From Squalus acanthias (Eukaryota): a stretch of 64,000 nt of DNA. The stretch spans positions 53,942,001-54,006,000 of the forward strand of contig CM059438.1 in assembly GCA_030390025.1 (NCBI GenBank), given 5' to 3'. Under the pieces are notes generated by a model. It made no database searches, was not told the DNA's origin, and saw only the letters and a program-made list of their open reading frames with translations. Made by a program: the position numbers and the translations under genes. This document shows positions 1 through 13,000 of the stretch, one piece after another (the first letter of the stretch is position 1; each line of letters opens with the position of its first letter).

Positions 1-1308
1 CAACTCGCAGCAGACCAGATCACCGACCCTGATCTGCTCTCCGCACCTACCAACCTACCAGGGCTACGCCTGGCCGACGTCGCCTGTGGCCTGACCGCAG
101 TCACGGTCAAGTGCGACATATCCCTATGTCAACCTCGGCCCGTCGTCCCAGCGTCCTGGCGCCGCCGGGTATTCGAGATTCTCCACAACCTCTCCCACCC
201 CGGCGCCCGCGCATCCATCAAATTGGTAGCCAACCGCTTTGTCTGGCGCGGCCTTCGCAAGGATGTGCGTACTTGGGCCAACTCCTGCCTAGCCTGCCAA
301 CGGGCCAAGGTACAGCAACACACGAAAGCACCCCTCGAGGAGTTTACCGTCCCTTCGCGTAGATTCAACCACATCCACGTGGACATCGTCGGGCCCCTGC
401 CGCCGTCGCAAGGCCACACGCACTTGCTGACGATCGTTGACCGCACCACGCGCTGGCCCGAGGCAATTCCACTGACCTCTACCACCACCACCGACATCGC
501 CAGAGCCTTCGTCAGCACCTGGGGCGCACGGTTCGGCGTCCCCTCCGACATGACGTCGGACAGAGGTCCGCAATTTACCTCTGAACTCTGGACCGCCGTC
601 GCACGCAATCTCGGGGTGACCATTCACCGCACCACAGCATACCACCCCCAAGCCAACGGACTGTGTGAGCGGTTCCACAGATCCCTGAAGGCATCTCTTC
701 GAGCCAGCCTCCAGGACGGCGCCTGGACCAACCGACTTCCGTGGGTCCTCCTCGGCCTGCGCACCGTGGTTAAAGAAGACCTCCACGCATCGGCAGCAGA
801 GCTCGTGTACGGTCAGCCACTGCGCGTACCCGGCGAGTTCCTACCCACCGCCACGACACCCTGGTCAGCCGACCAGCAACGCCACGACTTCGCCTCACCG
901 GCGCTGCAGTTCGCCCCGGTGCCCATTGCCCGACACGGCGAATCCACCTCACACGTCCCACTAAGCCTGCACCAGGCACGGTTTGTTTTCATCCGGCACG
1001 ACGCCCACCACGGACCCCTTCAACCCCCGTACGACGGGCCCTACAAGGTGCTACAGGCTGGGAACAAATTTTTCACCCTGCAAGTGGGCAACAGGACCCA
1101 AAAAGTGTTGGTTGACCGACTCAAGCCAGCACACTCGGAGCCCGGTGAGCAGGTCCCTGTAGCTCGTCCACCGCCACGCGGCCGACCTGCCCTCAAGCCG
1201 GTTCACCCGGCTGCTCCACGCCCGGCCATTCCACGTCCACCGGCGTCCTACAAGAGCCGCTCCGGCCGGCCCATCAGACCGCCGCACCGTCTTGTCCACA
1301 CCTCCTAA
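1..1308 (+). CDS. Ty3/Gypsy pol C-terminus (integrase), 5'-truncated by window edge
   Basis: Frame 1 is open from base 1 to TAA at 1306-1308. It shows the HHCC finger (HNLSH...CLAC), the DDE core (HVDIVGP, SDRGPQF, NGLCERFHR) and the GPY/F motif (PYDGPYKV). Confidence 0.92.
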   Translation, partial: QLAADQITDPDLLSAPTNLPGLRLADVACGLTAVTVKCDISLCQPRPVVPASWRRRVFEILHNLSHPGARASIKLVANRFVWRGLRKDVRTWANSCLACQRAKVQQHTKAPLEEFTVPSRRFNHIHVDIVGPLPPSQGHTHLLTIVDRTTRWPEAIPLTSTTTTDIARAFVSTWGARFGVPSDMTSDRGPQFTSELWTAVARNLGVTIHRTTAYHPQANGLCERFHRSLKASLRASLQDGAWTNRLPWVLLGLRTVVKEDLHASAAELVYGQPLRVPGEFLPTATTPWSADQQRHDFASPALQFAPVPIARHGESTSHVPLSLHQARFVFIRHDAHHGPLQPPYDGPYKVLQAGNKFFTLQVGNRTQKVLVDRLKPAHSEPGEQVPVARPPPRGRPALKPVHPAAPRPAIPRPPASYKSRSGRPIRPPHRLVHTS

Positions 1309-1328
1309 GCGGATTCTGGGGGGAGCTG

Positions 1329-1560
1329 TGTGGCGGATCGCCACCTAAACGGGCGCAATCCACTTTTCCGTCCGTGGACAATAAATCGGGCACCTTGCCT
1401 TTAAGGCACCTTGCCTTTAAGGCAGGAGAAAAGGAGTGGGCGTGGCCTCAGAACCTTCCAGATTCTTGTGTTAGCAGCCATCTTGCCAGGCAGATGTAAT
1501 AAAATGCTTTTGTGTTCCACACATGGACTCGGCCTTAATTCGTGTTTCTCGGCAGCCACA
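1329..1560 (+). mobile_element. Gypsy 3' LTR (~232 bp)
   Basis: Follows the polypurine tract GGGGGGAG (1318-1325). Termini TGTGGC...GCCACA are perfect inverted repeats, AATAAA lies at 1498-1503, and CR1 sequence resumes at 1561. Confidence 0.8.
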
Positions 1561-1900
1561 ACACCCTCGCATTTCTGGTATCATCCTTGTAAATCTTCTC
1601 TGCACCCTCTCCAGTGTTTCTATATCCTTTTTATAATGTGGCGAATAGAACTGCACGCAGTGCTCCAAGTGTGGTCTAACCAAGGTTCGACACAGGTTTA
1701 GCATAACTTCCCAACTTTTCAATTCTATCCCTCTAGAAATAAACCCTAGTGCTTGGTTTGCTTTTTTAATGGCCTTGCTAACCTGTGTCGCAACTTTTAG
1801 TGATTTGTGTATTTGTACTCCGAGATCCCTTTGTTCCTCTACCCCACCTAGACTCCCTCAAGTGATAAGTGACCGTCTTATTCTTCCTACCAAAATGTAA
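1561..1900 (-). mobile_element. CR1 LINE ORF2 C-terminal fragment
   Basis: Minus-strand translation LCRTLVRPHLEHCVQFYSPHYKKDIETLERVQRRFTRMIP matches the CR1 ORF2 C-terminus. Confidence 0.85.
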
Positions 1901-2084
1901 GGTAAGTGACTTTTACTCCTTGCAGGCCAGGAGGAGCGGGAGTGCTTCTCTTGGCCCCTCGAGGAAGCCTTCGGCCTTCCCCCCACCCCCTGCTGATCGC
2001 GGCCTCTCTCTCTCATTCCAGCCGATCCCACTCTCCCCCCAAGCACCGATCTCTCGCCCCCTCCCTCCCACAATACCAGGGTCA

Positions 2085-3206
2085 GGCTGGTACTGAAAGG
2101 ATAGATTGTATATGGGAGTAATGGGACAGTGGCAGTGTGGATACAAAATAGGCTGAGGGACAGAAAGCAGTTGTTTTTTCAGACTGGAGGGAAGTATACA
2201 GTGGTGTCCCCCAGGGGTCCTCATAAGGACCACTGCTCTTTTTGATAAATATTTATGACCTGGACTTTGGTATACAGGGCATAATTTCAAAGTTTGCAGA
2301 TGTCACAAAACTCAGAAATGTCGTAAACAGTGAGGGAGAATAGTAACAGACTTCAGGAGGACTTAGACAGACTGGTGAAATGGGCAGACACATGGCAGAT
2401 GAAATTTAATGCAGAGAAGTGTGAAGTGAAGCATTTTGGTAGGAAGAATAAGGAGAGGCAATAAAAACTAAATGGTACAATTTTAAAGGGTGTGCAGGAA
2501 CAGAGAGACCTGGGGGTGTGTGTACACAGATCCTTGAAGATGGCAGGACAGGTTGAGAAGGCAGTTCAAAAAGCATACAGGGTTTCCTTGGCTTCATTAA
2601 TAGAGGCATAGAGTACAAAAGCAAGGAAGTTATGCTAAACTTTTATAAAACACTGGTTAGGCCTCAGCTGAAGTATTGTTTTCAATTCTGGGCATCACAC
2701 CTTAGGAGGATGTCAAGGCTTTAGAGAGGGTGCAGAAGAGATTTACTGGAATGGTGCCAGGGATGAGGGTTATGTGGAGAGACTGGAGAAGCTGGGATTG
2801 TTCTCATTACAGCAGAGACAGTTAAGAGGAGATTTGATAGAGGAGTTCAAAATCATGAATAGTTTTGATAGTGTTAATAAGGAGAAACTGTTTCCAGTGG
2901 CAGGGTCGGTAACCAGAGGACACAGATTGAAGGTAATTGGCAAAAGAACCAGAGGCGACAGGAGGAATCATTGATTTACGCAGCGAGTTGTTTTGATCTG
3001 GAATGCACTGCCTGATAGGGCGGTGGAAGCAGATTCAGTAGTAACTTTCAGAAGGAAATTGGATAAATACTTGTAGGGAAAAAATTTGCAGGGCTATAGG
3101 GAAAGGGCGGGGGAGGGGGACTAATCGGATAGCTCCACCAAAGAGCCGGCACAGGCACGATGGGCCGAATGGCCTCCATCTGTGCTGTATCATTCTATGA
3201 TTCTAT
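2085..3206 (+). mobile_element. CR1 LINE 3' portion (degenerate RT and 3' UTR)
   Basis: SGVPQG and KFAD remnants, LEKLGLFSLQQRQLRGDLIE, and a tail GGGCCGAATGGCC...ATTCTATGATTCTAT. Confidence 0.88.
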
Positions 3207-3368
3207 AGTTTCTGCTCATGTCCCCCACTAACTAAATGAATACTAGAGATCGAGCTGCGATACACCAGGAATAAGGAGTTAGGACATAAACTGAGTGAGA
3301 TTGCACTGTGGCCCTGGGTGGCTCGCAGATTTCTGCTACTAAGTGAAATCCAGCTGATGTTGAGATAT

Positions 3369-4447
3369 TGGGGCAGATTCTGCTGTTAAAGTGGCGGTGA
3401 GGCTAATAATGTTTGCCGTTATTTATGAATGAATGCTACAGCAACTTCAGGCGAGGGGCAGTTGCGTGGATAAATGCGAATATCTAAAAGTTGCTGCCCG
3501 AGTTGCTCCGCTCCACCATTAGCTTCACGAAACCAGCATCTCGCTGTCTGCCTCACCATTGACACGCATTGAATGGCGTGAAGTTGCTGTAGTTGTGCGG
3601 TAGATACAAACTAAACTTGCCGCAGACATTTAGGGCTAGTAATTACAAGCGTAAGTACCCTCTTAACAACCTGATAATGTTAATGGCTGCCAATCAACCT
3701 CTCTGGCCCTGAAAATTAATTATCATCAGTGTGGAGTCTCATTCCATCAGGTTTTGAATTTTTGGGGGCGATATTAAACGTGTTATATTTTAAATTTTAT
3801 TTTTTTTCTTATTTTTCCTTTCTGCCTCTTTTTTCTCTCTCTCCGAATCTAATCTTTCTTTCAACAACAAAAACTTGCATTTATATACCGCCTTTAACAT
3901 AGTAAAAGTCCCAAGGAGCTTCACAGTCGTGATTACCAAACAAAACTTGACACTGAACCACATGAGAAGATATTACGACAAGCCTGGTCAAAGTTGTAGA
4001 TTTTAAGGAACGTCTTAAATGAGGAGAGAGAGGTAGAGAGTCGGAGAGGTTTAGGGAGGGAACTCCAAAGCTTATAGCCTAGGCAGCTGAAGGCATAGCC
4101 GACAATGGTGGAGCGATTAAAATTGGGGATGCACAAGAGGCCATTCCCTCTTTTTATTTTGCTTTCTGTACCTGTTTTGACATTGAACTCACCCACTCTA
4201 GTTCACCCTCCTTCTCTGTCCTTCCTCTGTTTATTTCTCAATCCTTCAATCTGATTGGTTAAGGAGATACCCTGTTGCTTGCCCTGTTCACTCAGGTTCT
4301 AGATGCCCTGTTTCCCTCGCTGTGCCGTTACCAGCTCGCACTTTCAGCAACACTGTGGCCAAAAATGTTTTGAGCTGAAGGGTGCTGGGGCAAGTGTAAC
4401 TAATGGCGGACGCCGTTAGATGCCCCAGCGAAGCAAAATCCGGCCCA
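3369..4447. mobile_element. Putative non-autonomous DNA transposon, with an L2 tail inserted
   Basis: Imperfect TIRs TGGGGCAGATTCTGC (3369-3383) and GCAAAATCCGGCCCA (4433-4447), 12/15 match. Confidence 0.4.
3862..4140 (-). mobile_element. L2 LINE 3' end
   Basis: Minus-strand AFSCLGYKLWSSLPKPLRLSTSLSSFKTFLK plus the same 3' UTR as the L2 copy ending near 59310. Confidence 0.8.
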
Positions 4448-5049
4448 TTGTAAAGTTATTGTGTGGTTTTGATGCTTGAGATTCTAATGATTGTATTAAA
4501 GCTTCCACCTCATTTTACTGGGACTGTGAATTAGTAAGCAGCTGATTATATTGAGCTGTAGTGATCTGTGCCCAGCTCTGTGATCCCAAGACCTGACAGG
4601 TAGAGGCGAAGCTGCAGCTCACTCACTGCTAACACTGTGCTTGGCCTGTCAATAATCTGCTTTGTTAATACCCAATATCTTGCAGACTGGGTTATGCAAG
4701 TCGTTGATTTAGGCATCCTCATGATGTATAAAAGTGTAGACATGTAACTGTGCTGGAACAATGATTTCTCAAGCCTATCCACTAATAGGGGCTAAAAACT
4801 AGGGTTCTCCAATATAACGTTTCCGACAGACTGGGAGCTTTCTGCGTGGCTGCAAGTCTGATTGCACAACATAATCCAACTTAATGAGTTCTTTAAATCA
4901 GATTTTAAGCTATTTTTGGGCTTTAAATATGATGGCGATCGAGCTCACTCATCTGATGTGCAGCTAACTGGTGAACTAAAGCAATGGTCGGCAGCTGCCA
5001 TCATCCTCTGTGGCTTCAGATCCATTTGCTTACAGACTTCAAATCAGGC

Positions 5050-5475
5050 CTACATTCTCTAGAGTTTAGAAGAATGAGAGGTGATCTCATTGAAACATAC
5101 AAAATTCTGACAGGGCTTGACAGGGTAGATGCAGGGAGGATGTTTCCCCTGGCTGGGGAGTCTAGAACCAGGGGTCACAGTCTCAGAATAAGGGGTCGGC
5201 CATTTAGGACGGAGATGAGGAGAAATTTCTTCACTCAGAGGGTGGTGAATCTTTGGAATTCTCTATCCAGAGGGCAGTGGAGGCTCAGTTGTTGAGTATA
5301 TTCAAGACAGAGATCGATAGATTTTTGAATATTAAGGGAATCAATCGATATGGGGATAGTGCAGGAAACTGGAGATGAGGTAAAAGATCAGCCATGATCT
5401 TTTGAATGGCGGAGCAGACTTAGAGGGCCAAATGGCCGACTCCTGCTCCTATTTCTTATGTTCTTATGTTCTTAT
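5050..5475 (+). mobile_element. CR1 LINE 3' end
   Basis: GLHSLEFRRMRGDLIETYKIL...NFFTQRVVNLWNSL and a (TTCTTATG)n tail. Confidence 0.88.
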
Positions 5476-5614
5476 AACCAAAACAAGGCACGATGGGCCA
5501 GATGGTCAGGATCCACGTAATGAAGCAATGACTCACAGAGCCTGAGTATTTCAGGAGCTGCTAGCTGCAACAAATCAAGCATGGAAACTCCTTCTGTGAC
5601 AATTCAAGCAAACT

Positions 5615-8083
5615 GGTCTCCATTCTCACTGACACCAGGTCTCCATTCTCAATGTCCACAAGTCTCCATTCTCACTGACACCAGGTCTCCATTCTCACTG
5701 ACCCAGTCCTCCATTCTCACTGACCACAAGTCTCCATTCTCACTGACACCAGGTCTCCATTCTCACTGACCACAAGTCTCCATTCTCACTGACCACAGGT
5801 CTCCATTCTCACTGACCGCAGGTCTCCATTCTCACAGACCACAAGTCTCCATTCTCACTGACCTCAGGTCTCCATTCTCACTGACACCAGGTCTCCATTC
5901 TCACTGACCACAAGTCTCCATTCTCACTGACCTCAGGTCTCCATTCTCACTGACCACAAGTCTCCATTCTCACTGACCTCAGGTCTCCATTCTCACTGAC
6001 CACAGGTCTCCATTCTCACTGACCGCAGGTCTCCATTCTCACAGACCACAGGTCTCCATTCTCACTGACCACAGGTCTCCATTCTCACTGACCACAAGTC
6101 TCCATTCTCAATGACCGCAGGTCTCCATTCTCACTGACCCAGTCCTCCATTCTCAATGACCACAGGTCTCCATTCTCACTGACCCAGGTCTCCATTCTCA
6201 CTGACCACAGGTCTCCATTCTCACTGACCGCTGGACTCCATTCTCACTGACCGCAGGTCTCCATTCTCACTGACCGCAGGTCTCCATTCTCACTGACCGC
6301 AGGTCTCCATTCTCACTGACCGCAGGTCTCCATTCTCACTGACCCCAGTCCTCCATTCTCACTGACCACAAGTCTCTATTCTCACTGACACCAGGTCTCC
6401 ATTCTCACTGACCACAGGTCTCCATTCTCACTGACCGCAGGTCTCCATTCTCACTGACCGCAGGTCTCCATTCTCACTGACACCAGGTCTCCATTCTCAC
6501 TGACCGCAGGTCTCCATTCTCACTGACCACAGGTCTCCATTCTCACTGACCGCTGGTCTCCATTCTCACTGACCGCAGGTCTCCATTCTCAGTGACCGCA
6601 GGTCTCCATTCTCACTGACCGCAGGTCTCCATTCTCACTGACCGCAGGTCTCCATTCTCACTGACCGCTGGACTCCATTCTCACCGACCGCAGGTCTCCA
6701 TTCTCACTGACCGCAGGTCTCCATTCTCACTGACCGCTGGTCTCCATTCTCACTGACCGCAGGTCTCCATTCTCACTGACCGCAGGTCTCCATTCTCAAT
6801 GACCACAGGTCTCCATTCTCACTGACCGCAGGTCTCCATTCTCAATGACCACAGGTCTCCATTCTCACTGACCGCAGGTCTCCATTCTCAATGACCACAG
6901 GTCTCCATTCTCACTAACCGCTGGACTCCATTCTCACTGACCGCAGGTCTCCATTCTCAATGACCACAGGTCTCCATTCTCACTGACCCAGGTCTCCATT
7001 CTCACTGACCACAGGTCTCCATTCTCACTGACCGCAGGTCTCCATTCTCACTGACCGCTGGACTCCAATCTCACTGACCGTAGGTCTCCATTCTCACTGA
7101 CCACAGGTCTCCATTCTCACTGACCGCTGGACTCCATTCTCACTGACCGCTGGACTCCATTCTCACTGACCGCAGGTCTCCATTCTCACTGACCGCTGGA
7201 CTCCATTCTCAGTGACCGTAGGTCTCTATTCTCACAGACCACAGGTCTCCATTCTCACTGACCTCAGGTCTCCATTCTCACTGACCACAGGTCTCCATTC
7301 TCACTGACCTCAGGTCTCCATTCTCACTGACCACAGGTCTCCATTCTCACTGACCGCAGGTCTCTATTCTCACAGACCTCAGGTCTCCATTCTCACTGAC
7401 CACAGGTCTCCATTCTCACTGACCACAGATCTCCATTCTCACTGACCGCAGGACTCCATTCTCACTGACTGCAGGTCTCCATTCTCACTGACCGCAGGTC
7501 TCTATTCTCACAGACCTCAGGTCTCCATTCTCACTGACCACAGGTCTCCATTCTCACTGACCTCAGGTCTCCATTCTCACTGACCACAGGTCTCCATTCT
7601 CACTGACCGCAGGTCTCTATTCTCACAGACCACAGGTCTCCATTCTCACTGACCTCAGGTCTCCATTCTCACTGACCACAGGTCTCCATTCTCACTGACC
7701 GCAGGTCTCCATTCTCACTGACCACAGGTCTCCATTCTCACTGACCGCTGGACTCCATTCTCAGTGACCGTAGGTCTCTATTCTCACAGACCACAGGTCT
7801 CCATTCTCACTGACCTCAGGTCTCCATTCTCACTGACCACAGGTCTCCATTCTCATTGACCTCAGGTCTCCATTCTCACTGACCGCAGGTCTCCATTCTC
7901 ACTGACCGCAGGTCTCCATTCTCACTGACCGCAGGTCTCCATTCTCAGTGACCGCAGGTCTCCATTCTCACTGACCGCAGGTCTCCATTCTCACTGACCG
8001 CAGGTCTCCATTCTCACTGACCGCAGGTCTCCATTCTCACTGACCACAGGTCTCCATTTTCACTGACCGCAGGTCTCCATTCT
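5615..8083. repeat. 23-bp minisatellite (GGTCTCCATTCTCACTGACCGCA), ~105 copies
   Basis: Direct tandem repeat with variation concentrated in the ACC[G/A/T]C[A/T] positions. Confidence 0.97.
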
Positions 8084-8810
8084 GATAGGAAACACAAGGA
8101 GAGGCATATAAACTAAAGGGTACAATTCTAAAGGGAGTGCAGGAACAGAGAGACCTGGTGGTATATGTGCACAAATCATTGAAGGTGGCAGGGCAGGTTG
8201 AGAAAGCGGTTTAAAATGCATACGGGATTCTGGGCTTCATAAATACAGGCATAGAGTACAAAAGCATGGAAGTTATGATGAACCTGTATAAAACACTGGT
8301 TCTGCCACAACCGGAGTATTGTGTCCAATTCTGGGCACCGCACTTTAGGAAGGATGTGAAGGCTTTAGAGAGGGTGCAGAAAAGATTTACAAGAATGGTT
8401 CCAGGAATGAGGGACATCAGTTACGTGGATAGACCGGAGAAACTGGGGTTGTTCTCCTTAGAGCAGAGAAGATTGAAAGGAGATTTGATAGAGGTGTTCA
8501 AAATCATGAGGGGTCTAGACAGAGCAGAGAGAAACTGTTCCCATTGGCGGAAGGGTCGAGAACCAGAGGACACAGATTCAAGGTGATTGGCAGAAGGTCC
8601 AAAGGCGACATGAGGAAAAACATTTTTACGCAGCGAGTGGTTATGATCTGGAATGCTCTGCCTGAAAGGGTGGTGGAGGCAGATTCAAGCAGGGCTACGG
8701 AGAAAGGGCGGGGGACGGGGACTACCTGAAGTGCTCTTGAAGAGAGGCGGCACAGACTCGACAAGCCGAATGGCCTTCTAATATGCTGTAACGCATCTAT
8801 GATTCTATGA
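8084..8810 (+). mobile_element. CR1 LINE 3' portion
   Basis: LYKTLVLPQPEYCVQFWAPHFRKDVKALERVQKRFTRM and a tail ATCTATGATTCTATGA. Confidence 0.88.
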
Positions 8811-10030
8811 CTGTGAGGGGTCAGTGCGGGGATTCCCTGTGTCTGTGAGGGGTCAGTGCGGGGGTTGTTGTGTCTGTGAGGGGTCAGTGTGGGGATTGTT
8901 GTGTGTGTGAGGGGTCAGTGCGGGGGTTGTTGTGTCTGTGAGGGGTCAGTGTGGGGATTGTTGTGTGTGTGAGGGGTCAGTGTGGGGATTGTTGTGTGTG
9001 TGAGGGGTCAGTGTGGGGGTTATTGTGTCTGTGAGGGGTCAGTGTGGGGATTGTGTGTGTGAGGGGTCAGTGCGGGGGTTGTTGTGTCTGTGAGGGGTCA
9101 GTGTGGGGATTGTTGTGTCTGTGAGGGGTCAGTGCGGGGGTTGTTGTGTCTGTGAGGGGTCAGTGTGGGGATTGTTGTCTGTGTGACGGGTCAGTGTGGG
9201 GATTGTTGTCTGTGTGACGGGTCAGTGTGGGGATTGTTGTCTGTGTGACGGGTCAGTGTGGGGATTGTTGTGTGTGTGAGGGGTCAGTGTGGGGATTGTT
9301 GTGTGTGTGAGGGGTCAGTGCGGGGATTGTTGTGTCTGTGAGGGGTCAGTGTGGGGATTGTTGTGTGTGTGAGGGGTCAGTGTGGGGATTGTTGTGTCTG
9401 TGAGGGGTCAGTGTGGGGATTGTTGTGTCTGTGAGGGGTCAGTGTGGGGATTGTTGTCTGTGTGAGGGGTCAGTGTGGGGATTGTTGTCTGTGTGAGGGG
9501 TCAGTGTGGGGATTGTTGTGTGTGTGAGGGGTCAGTGCGGGGATTGTTGTGTCTGTGAGGGGTCAGTGTGGGGATTGTTGTGTCTGTGAGGGGTCAGTGC
9601 GGGGATTGTTGTGTCTGTGAGGGGTCAGTGTGGGGATTGTTGTCTGTGTGACGGGTCAGTGCGGGGATTGTTGTGTGTGTGAGGGGTCAGTGCGGGGATT
9701 GTTGTGTGTGTGAGGGGTCAGTGCGGGGATTGTTGTGTGTGTGAGGGGTCAGTGCGGGGATTGTTGTCTGTGTGAGGGGTCAGTGTGGGGATTGTTGTGT
9801 CTGTGAGGGGTCAGTGCGGGGATTGTTGTGTGTGTGAGGGGTCAGTGCGGGGGTTGTTGTGTCTGTGAGGGGTCAGTGTGGGGATTGTTGTGTGTGTGAG
9901 GGGTCAGTGCGGGGATTGTTGTCTGTGTGAGGGGTCAGTGTGGGGATTGTTGTGTGTGTGAGGGGTCAGTGCGGGGATTGTTGTCTGTGTGAGGGGTCAG
10001 TGCGGGGATTGTTGTGTCTGTGAGGGGTCA
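8811..10030. repeat. 31-bp minisatellite (TGTGAGGGGTCAGTGTGGGGATTGTTGTGTC), ~39 copies
   Basis: Direct tandem repeat. Confidence 0.96.
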
Positions 10031-13000
10031 ATGTGTAACCCGGGGAGGATGGGCCCGGTGTGATCAGACAGTGTGTAACCCGGGGAGGATGGGCCCGGTG
10101 TGATCAGACAGTGTGTAACCCGGGGAGGATGGGCCCAGTGAGATCAGACAGTGTGTAACCCGGGGAGGATGGGCCCAGTGAGATCAGACAGTGTGTAACC
10201 CGGGGAGGATGGGCCCGGTGTGATCAGACAGTGTGTAACCCGGGGAGGATGGGCCCAGTGAGATCAGACAGTGTGTAACCCGGGGAGGATGGGCCCAGTG
10301 AGATCAGACAGTGTGTAACCCGGGGAGGATGGGCCCGGTGTGATCAGACAGTGTGTAACCCGGGGAGGATGGGCCCAGTGAGATCAGACAGTGTGTAACC
10401 CGGGGAGGATGGGCCCGGTGTGATCAGACAGTGTGTAACCCGGGGAGGATGGGCCCAGTGAGATCAGACAGTGTGTAACCCGGGGAGGATGGGCCCGGTG
10501 TGATCAGACAGTGTGTAACCCGGGGAGGATGGGCCCAGTGAGATCAGACAGTGTGTAACCCGGGGAGGATGGGCCCAGTGAGATCAGACAGTGTGTAACT
10601 GGGGAGGATGGGCCCAGTGAGATCAGACAGTGTGTAACTGGGGAGGATGGGCCCCAGTGAGATCAGACAGTGTGTAACCCGGGGAGGATGGGCCCCAGTG
10701 AGATCAGACAGTGTGTAACTGGGGAGGATGGGCCCCAGTGAGATCAGACAGTGTGTAACTGGGGAGGATGGGCCCCAGTGAGATCAGACAGTGTATAACC
10801 CGGGGAGGATGGGGCCCAGTGAGATCAGACAGTGTGTAACTGGGGAGGATGGGCCCCAGTGAGATCAGACAGTGTGTAACCCGGGGAGATGGGCCCCAGT
10901 GAGATCAGACAGTGTGTAACCCGGGGAGGATGGGCCCAGTGAGATCAGACTGTGTGTAACCCGGGGAGGATGGGCCCCAGTGAGATCAGACAGTGTATAA
11001 TCCGGGGAGGATGGGCCCCAGTGAGATCAGACAGTGTGTAACTGGGGAGGATGGGCCCAGTGTCATCAGACAGTGTGTAATCCGGGTAGGATGGGCCCCA
11101 GTGAGATCAGACAGTGTATAACCCGGGGAGGATGGGCCCCAGTGAGATCAGACAGTGTGTAACTGGGGAGGATGGGCCCCAGTGAGATCAGACAGTGTGT
11201 AACCCGGGGAGGATGGGCCCCAGTGAGATCAGACAGTGTGTAACTGGGGAGGATGGGCCCCAGTGAGATCAGACAGTGTGTAACTGGGGAGGATGGGCCC
11301 CAGTGAGATCAGACAGTGTGTAACTGGGGAGGATGGGCCCCAGTGAGATCAGACAGTGTGTAACTGGGGAGGATGGGCCCAGTGAGATCAGACAGTGTGT
11401 AACTGGGGAGGATGGGCCCCAGTGAGATCAGACTGTGTGTAACCCGGGGAGGATGGGCCCAGTGAGATCAGACAGTGTGTAACTGGGGAGGATGGGCCCC
11501 AGTGAGATCAGACAGTGTATAACCCGGGGAGGATGGGGCCCAGTGAGATCAGACAGTGTGTAACTGGGGAGGATGGGCCCAGTGTGATCAGACAGTGTGT
11601 AACTGGGGAGGATGGGCCCAGTGAGATCAGACAGTGTGTAACCCGGGGAGGATGGGCCCAGTGAGATCAGACAGTGTGTAACCCGGGGAGGATGGGCCCA
11701 GTGAGATCAGACAGTGTGTAACCCGGGGAGGATGGGCCCAGTGAGATCAGACAGTGTGTAACCCGGGGAGGATGGGCCCCAGTGAGATCAGACAGTGTGT
11801 AACCCGGGGAGGATGGGCCCCAGTGAGATCAGACAGTGTGTAACTGGGGAGGATGGGCCCCAGTGAGATCAGACAGTGTGTAACCCGGGGAGGATGGGCC
11901 CCAGTGAGATCAGACAGTGTGTAACTGGGGAGGAGGGGCCCCAGTGAGATCAGACAGTGTGTAACCCGGGGAGGATGGGCCCCAGTGAGATCAGACAGTG
12001 TGTAACTGGGGAGGAGGGGCCCCAGTGAGATCAGACAGTGTGTAACTGGGGAGGATGGGCCCAGTGAGATCAGACAGTGTGTAACCCGGGGAGGATGGGC
12101 CCGGTGTGATCAGACAGTGTGTAACCCGGGGAGGATGGGCCCAGTGAGATCAGACAGTGTGTAACCCAGGGAGGATGGGCCCAGTGAGATCAGACAGTGT
12201 GTAACCCGGGGAGGATGGGCCCAGTGAGATCAGACAGTGTGTAACTGGGGAGGATGGGCCCCAGTGAGATCAGACAGTGTATAACCCGGGGAGGATGGGC
12301 CCCAGTGAGATCAGACAGTGTGTAACCCGGGGAGGATGGGCCCCAGTGAGATCAGACAGTGTGTAACTGGGGAGGATGGGCCCCAGTGAGATCAGACAGT
12401 GTATAACCCGGGGAGGATGGGCCCCAGTGAGATCAGACAGTGTGTAACCCGGGGAGGATGGGCCCCAGTGAGATCAGACAGTGTGTAACTGGGGAGGATG
12501 GGCCCCAGTGAGATCAGACAGTGTGTAACCCGGGGAGGATGGGCCCCAGTGAGATCAGACAGTGTATAACCCGGGGAGGATGGGCCCCAGTGAGATCAGA
12601 CAGTGTGTAACTGGGGAGGATGGGCCCCAGTGAGATCAGACAGTGTATAACCCGGGGAGGATGGGCCCCAGTGAGATCAGACAGTGTATAACCCGGGGAG
12701 GATGGGCCCCAGTGAGATCAGACAGTGTGTAACTGGGGAGGATGGGCCCAGTGAGATCAGACAGTGTGTAACTGGGGAGGATGGGCCCCAGTGAGATCAG
12801 ACAGTGTGTAACTGGGGAGGATGGGCCCCAGTGAGATCAGACAGTGTGTAACTGGGGAGGATGGGCCCAGTGAGATCTGTCAGTGTGTAACTGGGGAGGA
12901 TGGGCCCAGTGAGATCAGACAGTGTGTAACTGGGGAGGATGGGCCCAGTGTGATCAGACAGTGTGTAACCCGGGGAGGATGGGCCCAGTGAGATCAGACA

